The position numbers were made by a program, and so were the translations under genes. Of a DNA stretch of 35,895 nucleotides, positions 24,370 to 35,761 are shown in pieces (the stretch's first letter is position 1; each line of letters begins with the position of its first letter). The notes beneath the pieces were generated by a model that was not told the DNA's origin, did not search any database, and saw only the letters and a list, made by a program, of their open reading frames with translations. Origin of the DNA: Octopus bimaculoides (taxonomy: Eukaryota); NCBI RefSeq assembly GCF_001194135.2, contig NC_068981.1, forward strand, positions 29,282,834 through 29,318,728. The letters run 5' to 3'.

Positions 24370-24581
24370 CGAGGGGTTGCTGAAAATTTTCTGGCTTTAA
24401 GAGTATCATGAAAAGCCTGATTGGCGGCCCAATCTTTCAAGTTTGTTTACAGGGCTTAGAAAAGATAAAGGACCGTTGCAATAACTGCGTGAATGTGATA
24501 GGGGAAAATGTTTCATAAAATCATAACTAATTAACCTTCTATTTTTTTTTAACAAAGCCAGGAACGTTTCAGCACCCTTCG
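24370..24581 (+). mobile_element. Non-autonomous mariner deletion derivative (MITE), 212 bp, TA target duplication
   Basis: TA|cgaggggttgctgaaaattttctggcttt ... aaagccaggaacgtttcagcacccttcg|TA imperfect TIRs. The interior encodes DRCNNCVNVIGENV, resembling the mariner C-terminus. Confidence 0.85.
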
Positions 24582-25478
24582 TAAATAGTTGAAGATCTTT
24601 CACACACAATCAAGTGTGTACATAGAAAACCTTTGCTAGCTACATATATGATTTAGTCAACATTTGTAATATATATTCAATTGATACGCAAAGTTTAACT
24701 TACCAATATGAATCAACGACTTACACGAAGACAAAAATCTTTCTTCTTCCGATACAAAAACCGCTGCAATTTCTTTGAACTAGCAAATCATTCAGATACC
24801 GCACTCTCTTCACTATCCATAGTGTGATTTACACAGAAAGCATTGCATTGAGTACTTCGAACTAGCAAGTCAATCGGATACAGTGATCTCTTCACTCTCC
24901 GTAATGTAATTTACGCAGAGTTCTACAACCAAATCTGCATTATTTTCTCCATAGGCTCCACCTTTAGCAGTATTGAGGACGTCAGTCTGTAAATTCCAGT
25001 GAAAGCGATAGGTAATATTTCAATACGATATCTGTACCGTATATTCAGTTAAGTGTATATGTACCATATTTACTTTACGGTTATATAGAGAACATGTGTA
25101 AGTGAACGATTATGTTTCATCGTATAACGTAATCATATGTATATTAATATTAACTTATTGCATTCGTATTTAATAAACCAAGTCATTTGTTGCTTTTCAT
25201 TTGATCCACTCCGATCATAAGCAACCGTTAACCACAGGAAACTTCATCATGAACAATATTTCACCATAAAAATTGCTACAAACATTTATTTTACAGAAAT
25301 GTAGACACCGAGAAATATTGTTGCATTTCACGTGTTGCAATGTGTTGAAATAATGCATAATATACGTTCTATTGCGCAGCAGCTGGTATTACTTTTTAAA
25401 TATAAAATATAAGAATGTTGTATAGGATGCCTCCTCCGGAGAATATTCACCGGTCCAACTAGTTATTATTATTGTTTA

Positions 25479-25750
25479 TGGTGAGCTCCCAGAATAATTA
25501 GAACGTCGGAAAAATGTATTGTGGTAATTGGTGTTCAAACATCCTGAGTTCAAACCACGCCATTCTGAGTGGTTTGAGTTCAAACATTCTGAGTTCATTC
25601 TGAGTTCAAACCACGCCAGGCACCACTTTGCTTTTCGTTCTTTCGGTTTCTATAAAATTACGTACAGATCAAGTAGTGCTGTCTATGTATCTAATTTTAC
25701 ATCCTCCCCAAAACTGTTGATCTTGCACTATTATTCCGAGCATGAAAGGT
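25479..25750 (+). mobile_element. SINE family A with multiplied B-box segment
   Basis: Head ggtgagctcccagaataattag, repeated gagttcaaac at 25531-25617, then a family A body. Confidence 0.75.
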
Positions 25751-25764
25751 GATGAAACAATATC

Positions 25765-25950
25765 GGAAAAATACTTTGCCACGTCCGCTGCATTTCTTTA
25801 TGTTATAAGTTCAAATCCACGTGAAGTTAACTTAGCCTTTCAACCCACCTGGGCGATAAATTAAGGTGCTTTTTAAACACTGGTGTTATTGGTATCGACT
25901 GATCCCTTCCACTCAAAATGGCTAGCGTTGTGGTTAAATCATAAAGCTTA
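25765..25950 (+). mobile_element. SINE family A (diverged)
   Basis: aagttcaaatccac...ttagcctttcaacccacctgggcgataaattaagg...tatcgactga. Confidence 0.7.
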
Positions 25951-26413
25951 GTTATCGTAATTGACGGATAAATATTTCATTATATCTTGACTAATTTAAT
26001 CGAATATGCTTTATCCCAAAATTTATGGGCATGTGTATATGTTAGAGATCAGGGTGTTGATAATACAGATATTTGTTTTTCTCTCTTCGGCATCACATAT
26101 GACCATTTGTTCCTTTGCAGACTCTATTTTCTTTCCCTTTTTATCATTCTTTTACACATCAGTCAATCTGCTCATGACCCGAACACAAAATAACACAAAA
26201 TAACACAAAAACACATAGATAGATAGATAGATAGATAGATAGACAGACAGAAAGGCAGACAGACAGACAGACAGACAGACATATATATATGATATATATA
26301 TATATTTATATATATATAACAAATAGAAACATAGCTATGCATGCAGCTTCTCATACAAAAAGAGATTGATAGATAGATAGATAGATACATACATACATAC
26401 ATACATACATAGG

Positions 26414-26501
<88 letters not shown>

Positions 26502-26752
26502 ACATAAATATAAATGAGACCATTCGTAAATCAACGTGAACATTTTTGATCTATCTCTTTACCTATCTGTGTATTTGTTAGTTTGGCTGTCTGTCTATCC
26601 ATCCGTCCGTCCATTTATCTACCCACCTATCTACTTATCGGTCCATTCATCCACCTATCTATCTATTTATCTATTCAATAACTATATATCTATTAATGTG
26701 TGTCTCTCTATTTCTTTATACGTCTACATCTATTTAATCTCTCCCCCTCTCA

Positions 26753-26796
<44 letters not shown>

Positions 26797-27337
26797 NNNN
26801 NNNNNNCTCTCTCTCTCACTTATTATCTATCTGTCCACACTAGTGCCAACATTTCGTTTAGTGCATGGGACAGCAGGGAAGTTCAGTATGTATTCTAATC
26901 ATATCGGCTGATATTCAAGATTATGATATTAAGCTGCAGATACAATCAATTGTATACCTAACGCGATTCGCTAAATATCAAGAGACTGTTGCATATGATT
27001 TGACATTTGAAATCCCCGCAGACCAGTGATTCGTGAATAGTTAGTTTAGATAACGTTGACCTCAAACAAGCATTAGACTAGCATCTGTCATGCAACGTGG
27101 ACTGCGTATGGCGATTTTGCACAAGCAGCTATGATAAAACTCTCAAACAGACATTGGTAAACAGTATCACCATAACACACAAACAACATAAATATACAAA
27201 CAAAAATGACAACATAAAACCCACCAACGTCGAACACCAACCTCCAAACCAGCACCGCCACTACGAACACAACAGCATCAACACAACGATAGAGCAAAGC
27301 TTTCAGCATCAATTAAAAATTGAGATTCATCAATAGT

Positions 27338-27410
<73 letters not shown>

Positions 27411-27646
27411 CGTGCGTGTGCGTGTGTGTATGTGTGTGTGTGTGTACATAAATATATATTAACATAGAGAACACAGAGACACATGTACATGTTCTATGTT
27501 GGAATGTAGGCATACATATATAGGTTTCTTCACTTGAATGATCACGAGGAAATGTGTAGTATATGACTGCATATCTATGCGTATATTTATGCATACATTC
27601 ACTGTTTGCATTTAATATTGCACGCACTATTAAATATCTATCTAAC

Positions 27647-27699
<53 letters not shown>

Positions 27700-28124
27700 T
27701 TATGGATGGATGGATTGATCGTTGACGGGTGGATGGATAGATGTGATTATATACACACATTAAAGTAATGAATGTATTAAATGCGTGTATTTAACATTGA
27801 ATACATGCACACCGAATGTAAGGTTGTAAGTGTGACCGAGTAAATGTAATATTTGCGTTGCAATCGTAAAGTGCCGTGGAAGCATTTTGAACAAGTATTT
27901 TAGCTTTTTCTTTGGTGTCTTTTTTTAATATAGCTTAGGTCGAGTCATATGTTTCATAGTTAAAATTGGAAGAGATGGATTGCGCTAGCTATCGGAGGAT
28001 TCACCGTATCAGATTGCGTCACACAGAATCTGTTACTAAGGAGATAAGTGTATTTGGAATACTCCACTACATACACAGAGGTAGTTCAGTTACTGAAACT
28101 AAAAGAAAAATTATCGACGAAGCC

Positions 28125-28159
28125 AATCTTCCTATTCTCTTAAAGAGAATAGGAAGATT
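28125..28159. repeat. Perfect 16-bp inverted repeat with 3-nt loop
   Basis: aatcttcctattctct-taa-agagaataggaagatt. Confidence 0.9.
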
Positions 28160-28584
28160 TATGCCGTTTCGGAAAGAGGTCCTTCATCAGAAGGAAAATA
28201 GAAAATATTTAAATATGAGACAAGGCGCTGAGAGAATATAAAAATAATGGAATAAATGGCTGGTGGGGGAAAAAAACAATAAACGGGTTAGGGAATTAGT
28301 TTAGGTATAAGAACAGGTGCAACAGAGGAGAGTAGAAGCGTGAGATGGTGGGCCTGTGTGATAAGGATGTATTGATAAAATCATGCAAATGTCTCCAAAA
28401 GATCAGTGTTTATAAATAATCTCTTGAATTGAATTCAACTCTAGATAATAGCGTATAATGCATCAAAGTAAAAATTCATTTGACGAAAGTAAATGTAGAA
28501 TGATGTCCGTCGGACTCGCACCACGTTGCATCTATTAGCAACACAAACGTTCTACTCATTCCTCCAGCAAATAGAAGATTCCTT

Positions 28585-28622
<38 letters not shown>

Positions 28623-28625
<3 letters not shown>

Positions 28626-28820
28626 GAGAATATACAAATAATAACAACAGACGAGGACAGGTGGTGTAAATAACAAAAGTATATATTAGTATGACGCTCG
28701 GGAATACGGAAAGTCTTTGACGTTTCGAGCTACGCTCTTCAACAGAAAGAATACGGAGACAAGGAGAAAAACACGGAGAAAAAAAATTGAATAGTGTTCA
28801 GTCAACGGTCAATCATGATC
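28623..28820 (-). mobile_element. Probable Penelope-like element pLTR fragment abutting (TA)n
   Basis: Carries a minimal hammerhead motif and ends in a (TA)n tract at about 28590-28622. The assignment rests on the known PLE-hammerhead association. Confidence 0.55.
28714..28750 (-). ncRNA. Minimal type I hammerhead motif, core variant CUGUUGA
   Basis: Minus strand reads UCUUU-CUGUUGA-A-GAGC-GUA-GCUC-GAAAC-GUC-AAAGA: 5-bp stem I, 4-bp stem II, palindromic ACGU stem III. Confidence 0.6.
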
Positions 28821-29877
28821 ACACAAACATAGTTGATGTTGTGATCCAATTAATTTGAATTAATTAGAATTAAACAGTTTTCCTGAGATAATAAATTATA
28901 AATGAGAAAGCAAAAGTAGACAACTCAAAATTTAAATTAAATATAATTAAGTTGACAGGGACGCTGATATATTTGTCAAGAAGGGGTGACCATTTTGGAC
29001 ATGTTTCAATGTTATTAGGCCTCATCAACAAACTATTCTGTCATCGGTATTATAGACCTTAGAATATCTACAGATATTCAGTGTATTTGTTTATTTGTTG
29101 TGTATTTGTTTGCTTCATCTATTTTTCTCTATATATCTTTCTCATCTCACTCTCTCCCGCCATCGCTTGCACTCTTTCTCTCCTCTGTCTTCTTTCTATC
29201 CCCCCTCTCTCTTTCCTATTTCTGTCCCCCTCCATCTGTCCCCCTTTATTTCACACTGCTCATTTATATATATGTATGTACGTGTTCGTATGCATAAGTA
29301 TGTGTGATGGAAATCGAGAGTGAGAGAGAGACAGAGAAAGCGAAAGAGAGTCAATGAGTGGGTGAAACTTATATGCGTGTGTGTGTATGAATGTATGTAT
29401 GTTTGTAGGTATTTATGGATGTATGCATGCATGTATGTATATATGTATGTGTACAAGGTTACTGTCTGATTTGTATGCGTTTGTGGATGTAGGTTTTGCA
29501 TGTGTGTTTCAATGTTCTCTAATTATTTTGTCATAATTGAGTTCAGTGGTCGAAAGGGGCTTCCTATCATAGTGCTGTTTGGAAGTCATACAACGTTACA
29601 AATCAGGAAAGGTAATTTCGTCTAAATGATGTATATAATGATATTTCTCTCATAATTCACACAAATTCAACAAGTTTAAGGACAGTTACAAAACCAGAAG
29701 GAAAAATATGCAACAAGTACTAAAGACTATTTCATATTTTTATATTATCTGAATCTTTTATACCTTGGTATGGTCAATTATTTGTTTTAGCCAAACATGT
29801 TAAGGCCATGCTGGAGTAGATGCTTTTCAGAGATTACTTATAAAATAACTATTTATTTTAAAACGGACATGAAGTTA

Positions 29878-30482
29878 TAGTGTGTTCGGGCTAAATTTGA
29901 TGGATAATATGTAAGAAAAATTAAACAAAATATGCCATCTAAAACTAAAAGTATTTTTCTTTTTGACAGAAGGAAATCGAGTTTATGGCTAGGAAGTAAC
30001 AGTGTACTTAGAACAAGCATTGCCCTCTGCTTCTACTACGGCATAAATACGACTCCGGAACCTAATGCATGCGTTCCTCTGTGTATCCCTAGGAAGAATA
30101 TCGAACGCCTTCATATTAGCCACCACCTCGGCCTTCGTATTGCAGGTAGAGCGGTAGGTGTCTCAACCGCGCCCCACACATACGAATTAATATGATTACA
30201 ATTAGGGAAATTAGGAGGCCAGAAATTGGTGCCGGTGAAGTCGTAAATATCCTCCGATAACCACTTTTGCTTCTTTCCGGAAATATGGTAAGGAGCTGAA
30301 TCCTGCTGCCACACATATGGCCTTTCAGCAAGAACCCATTCCAGCCAGGGATTGACCAGTCTCCAGCAGCTCCACACAACCGTCTGGATGAAGCTCGGTC
30401 AGAGGACGCAGTCCGAACAGCTGCTGTGTCCCTTCCTACTGGCCATGACTTCGTAGATTCCGTTACAATCTATCCATGTCAT
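29878..30482 (-). mobile_element. Internally deleted Tc1/mariner element of DD37D (maT) type
   Basis: Minus frame RPYVWQQDSAPYH...WLSE...FWPPNFPNCNHINSYVWGAVE, with 37 residues between the QQD Asp and the third-Asp position (now N). One candidate terminus, tagtgtgttcgggctaaatttga, at about 29878. Confidence 0.8.
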
Positions 30483-30616
30483 GTCTTACATTTTTCGCAA
30501 TGTTCACAAAGCATTGAGTCGTAGTCATGATGTCGGCATTTTCATACCCGGCACAAATTATTGTGATTCAGGTAAATCTTTTCCAGTATTCATATATTGA
30601 ATATATAATTATCTGA

Positions 30617-30760
30617 AGGCACATGGCTCAGTTGTCAGAGCGTCGAGATTACAATCGTGAGGTTGTGAGTTTGTTTCCCTGCCCGGTCTGCGTGTTGTGT
30701 TCTTGAGCAAGGCACTTTATTTCACGTTGCTCCAGTTCACTTAGCTGTAGAAATGAGTTG
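30617..30760 (+). mobile_element. tRNA-SINE family C (3'-truncated)
   Basis: A-box tggctcagttg, then ttgtgttcttgagcaaggcactttatttcacgttgctccagttcac. Confidence 0.85.
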
Positions 30761-31132
30761 GAGCAAACTTCTTACCACACAGCCACAGTATTTTTTATAT
30801 ATTGGTATTTTGATATATACATCTAAAATGCATTGTGATCTTAGTCAAATTCCTCACAAATCAATTCCAACGTACTCCGGATAATGTGGGCTGTTATTTC
30901 TTACATGACGTGCTACCACATAGATGCCTCCTCGCTGATTACTAAGCCCTCAAAGAAATGGAATAAAATGAAGCGGGTGTAAGCAGATATTGAAACTGTG
31001 TCACTCTACCCGCTAATTTGGCAAGGCACCTTTCCCCGTCGCCCAAAAACACACATATACAATCACTGCTAGCACTCTCTCACAAAGACACAGTGATATA
31101 CACGATGTACACATATGCACACACACACATAC

Positions 31133-31184
<52 letters not shown>

Positions 31185-31185
31185 G

Positions 31186-31217
<32 letters not shown>

Positions 31218-31988
31218 GACAGAGGCGCACATCCCTGTACACAGCTATCTCTCCGTTGCTTATTCATTTGACATATTCTAATTATCTGTAGAAACTTCAA
31301 ATGAGAGACCAAACCAGGCATGCTCTAAATAGTGCTCTAATTGCTTGAAAGAAATCATTTTGGTGGAACTAACATCCGTTAAATTCTTTATTTCTTAACC
31401 CTAATTAAAAATGTTGGCAGTTTAATAAACTTTCTCTTTCATTTTAAAGGGATTTCCTTTACGGCTTTGTGTTTTGTTGTCTTTGTCTTTTCTACCTTAC
31501 TTTTCGTCTTCCTTTCTATTTGTCTCCCTTTCTTACTTTCGCATTTTTTTTTCTTTCAGAATTTAACTTCTGTTTCCTCTCCATTTCCTTTCATTTGTTG
31601 TTGATATTGCTGTTATTGTTGTTTTTCACTATCGTACTTTCTTTTCACTCTTATCGTCCTCTTCTTCCGAAAAAAAAAACCAAAAATAAAAAAATGAATA
31701 AATATAATAAAATAAAATCTCTTTGTGTGTAAATTAATTCTAAACGAGGTTTTATACTTCAAACCTACAAGACGGATGTTCAATCGTATTTGATACGGCA
31801 ACTTTTATTAAACTACCACTATCAATAGCTCTGTGGGTGTAACGTTTATCCGCCGTACACACACGGTGTTTGTTATGGTCCAAATGGCAAATAAGAATAC
31901 ATGTACATGTAAATACACATACATATGTTTTCATACTCACCCATACACACGTACGTATATAAATATGCGTGTATGTGTGCGTGTGTGT

Positions 31989-32034
<46 letters not shown>

Positions 32035-33363
32035 GTGTGCGCTATGTATATATATATATATAAACATATATAAATGTGTTGGTATGTATGGATGACTGCG
32101 TGTATGTGTATATATAATCAAATACAGAGGTAGTTTGAAAGGTCTTCAATTATATTTTTACATTCCTTCTTGTTTCTTTTCCATATTCGTTGAGATTGTT
32201 TCCCAGCTATTAAAACTATTCAGAATTGCTAAATGTCGTAACTGATTAAGGTATTAGGGGCCACACTCGAAGATTTCGATTTTTCTTTTATTTGTTTTGT
32301 TTTTGTTTTTGTTCTTTTGTTCACTCGTTTTGTTCTCTCGATATGTACATGTCGAATGCTGATGGGGCACAACAGTTGCCTACAAGACAGCGCAATACAT
32401 ACATACTAGCAGATGCGCATACATACACACACAATATGTGTATGTGTGTATTGATATATATATATATATATATATATANNNNNNNNNNNNNNNNNNNNNN
32501 NNNNNNNNNNNNNNNNNNNNNNNNNNNNNNNNNNNNNNNNNNNNNNNNNNNNNNNNNNNNNNNNNNNNNNNNNNNNNNNNNNNNNNNNNNNNNNNNNNNN
32601 NNNNNNNNNNNNNNNNNNNNNNNNNNNNNNNNNNNNNNNNNNNNNNNNNNNNNNNNNNNNNNNNNNNNNNNNNNNNNNNNNNNNNNNNNNNNNNNNNNNN
32701 NNNNNNNNNNNNNNNNNNNNNNNNNNNNNNNNNNNNNNNNNNNNNNNNNNNNNNNNNNNNNNNNNNNNNNNNNNNNNNNNNNNNNNNNNNNNNNNNNNNN
32801 NNNNNNNNNNNNNNNNNNNNNNNNNNNNNNNNNNNNNNNNNNNNNNNNNNNNNNNNNNNNNNNNNNNNNNNNNNNNNNNNNNNNNNNNNNNNNNNNNNNN
32901 NNNNNNNNNNNNNNNNNNNNNNNNNNNNNNNNNNNNNNNNNNNNNNNNNNNNNNNNNNNNNNNNNNNNNNNNNNNNNNNNNNNNNNNNNNNNNNNNNNNN
33001 NNNNNNNNNNNNNNNNNNNNNNNNNNNNNNNNNNNNNNNNNNNNNNNNNNNNNNNNNNNNNNNNNNNNNNNNNNNNNNNNNNNNNNNNNNNNNNNNNNNN
33101 NNNNNNNNNNNNNNNNNNNNNNNNNNNNNNNNNNNNNNNNNNNNNNNNNNNNNNNNNNNNNNNNNNNNNNNNNNNNNNNNNNNNNNNNNNNNNNNNNNNN
33201 NNNNNNNNNNNNNNNNNNNNNNNNNNNNNNNNNNNNNNNNNNNNNNNNNNNNNNNNNNNNNNNNNNNNNNNNNNNNNNNNNNNNNNNNNNNNNNNNNNNN
33301 NNNNNNNNNNNNNNNNNNNNNNNNNNNNNNNNNNNNNNNNNNNNNNNNNNNNNNNNNNNNNNN

Positions 33364-33399
<36 letters not shown>

Positions 33400-33680
33400 T
33401 AAAAGGGTAAAGGATTATCAATTTATTATTGCTGATCCATTAATTATGTTTATAAATATATATATATATATATATAGTATAGGTAAGCATATATGGAATC
33501 TGAAATGCAGTTAATAATACCTTGAAGAACTGAAGAAGCGGCATCAGTAATTAGCACCCAAATGCACACTAAGAAGAGAAATTTTGTTGCAGCATAAACA
33601 TATGTAGCTACAAAAATGGAATGACGTGATAAACTGCAGAATAAACTGGGTATATTAATCTCTGCTCTCCATAATTTTAA

Positions 33681-33721
<41 letters not shown>

Positions 33722-34490
33722 TGTGTGNNNNNNNNNNNNNNNNNNNNNNNNNNNNNNNNNNNNNNNNNNNNNNNNNNNNNNNNNNNNNNNNNNNNNNNNN
33801 NNNNNNNNNNNNNNNNNNNNNNNNNNNNNNNNNNNNNNNNNNNNNNNNNNNNNNNNNNNNNNNNNNNNNNNNNNNNNNNNNNNNNNNNNNNNNNNNNNNN
33901 NNNNNNNNNNNNNNNNNNNNNNNNNNNNNNNNNNNNNNNNNNNNNNNNNNNNNNNNNNNNNNNNNNNNNNNNNNNNNNNNNNNNNNNNNNNNNNNNNNNN
34001 NNNNNNNNNNNNNNNNNNNNNNNNNNNNNNNNNNNNNNNNNNNNNNNNNNNNNNNNNNNNNNNNNNNNNNNNNNNNNNNNNNNNNNNNNNNNNNNNNNNN
34101 NNNNNNNNNNNNNNNNNNNNNNNNNNNNNNNNNNNNNNNNNNNNNNNNNNNNNNNNNNNNNNNNNNNNNNNNNNNNNNNNNNNNNNNNNNNNNNNNNNNN
34201 NNNNNNNNNNNNNNNNNNNNNNNNNNNNNNNNNNNNNNNNNNNNNNNNNNNNNNNNNNNNNNNNNNNNNNNNNNNNNNNNNNNNNNNNNNNNNNNNNNNN
34301 NNNNNNNNNNNNNNNNNNNNNNNNNNNNNNNNNNNNNNNNNNNNNNNNNNNNNNNNNNNNNNNNNNNNNNNNNNNNNNNNNNNNNNNNNNNNNNNNNNNN
34401 NNNNNNNNNNNNNNNNNNNNNNNNNNNNNNNNNNNNNNNNNNNNNNNNNNNNNNNNNNNNNNNNNNNNNNNNTGCTCTCCATAATTTTAA

Positions 34491-34531
<41 letters not shown>

Positions 34532-35023
34532 TGTGTGTGTGTGTGAATATAAATATGTACACACATACGTATATACACTCATTCTAACTAACATAAATTT
34601 CCGAATGGATAATTAGATGAGACTACCATTGCTAATAAGTCTTCATGCACCATTCTCCTGTGCATATATTTCCTCACGTGTTAGTTTCCGCAAAACGCCT
34701 ATGAGTTAATCAATTTATCTAACATCTGCACTAAGAACTAGATTATATATATATATTTTACTGAGGAGGTCCACAAAATATGAAACGTGCACCGATTTCT
34801 CATCGTAGTGATGAAGATCGGAATCTTTCCGGAAAGCATACCGTAATTAATTAAAATTAATTAATTAAAATTTCAGCGTTGTCTACCCAAAGAATTTTTC
34901 TTTTTTCTTTTTATTTGCTTTCAAGTAAGAGCTAGTCATTTAGTAGATGATTGTTCGCATTACTAAGGTTATAATTTTATGTAATTAAAATTCTTTGGAT
35001 ACTATTTCTATTTCACGTTCATT

Positions 35024-35062
35024 TTGCTGCTGCTGCTGCTGCTTCTGCTGCTTCTGCTGCTG

Positions 35063-35122
<60 letters not shown>

Positions 35123-35124
35123 TT
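35024..35124. repeat. Compound trinucleotide repeat (TGC)n-(TAC)n
   Basis: Direct reading. Confidence 0.95.
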
Positions 35125-35281
35125 ACCCCACCATATATATATATATATATAGACACAAACACACAAACACAGACATTTGTATATCTATGTTGTTACTATG
35201 TGTATAACGTGTCTACAAAGCCGTGATATACGATTTATATAGCTGCATGTGCATTAGAGACAGACAGACAGACATACATAC

Positions 35282-35353
<72 letters not shown>

Positions 35354-35761
35354 CCGAGTTTGTATAACTGTGTATAGAAGAATATATTAAACAATGAAAT
35401 TCCAACTGATTTTCACGTTTAATTATTTGCAATTTTTACTATTTTACAATCTTACAATATTGAAATAAACTAATACTTTCATGCGTTACGCATTCATTAG
35501 CTTTTTGAAGAGATACCTGTGTTTCACAAATGGTGTCACTTCAGTGATAGTATTGACAATCACTTTCTGTTGTTACAGGCTAATAATTTTGTGCAAACTT
35601 TTCATTCTATCATATAATTCGTTAGCCTATTATTGAACTAGATGTTAGTGTAATATGTATGGAACTTTTGGTAAACATTGGTTCGCTGCTTTAGGCGCTA
35701 AGATTGTTACAGACAGACGGATAAACAGTAAGGTAGAAATTGGCATATATATATATTTATA

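Noticed and set aside
742-25950. Minus-strand bias of family A SINEs (about 13 of 19)
   Set aside because: Small sample and tandem copies are not independent; not convincingly different from chance.
27966-28241. 91-aa plus-strand ORF
   Set aside because: No ATG start, no recognised motif, and it overlaps the hairpin/hammerhead relic on the opposite strand.
5131-34587. Long ORF-track entries (200-370 aa) such as 5165..5935, 6385..7272, 32292..33410
   Set aside because: They are made of N-gaps and dinucleotide repeats (HTHT, CVCV, YIYI); not genes.
34805-34845. GTGATGA-AGAT-CGGA-ATCT-..GAAAG hammerhead-like string near an aattaatt palindromic tract
   Set aside because: C3 is missing, spacing before GAAA is wrong, and there is no stem I or III.
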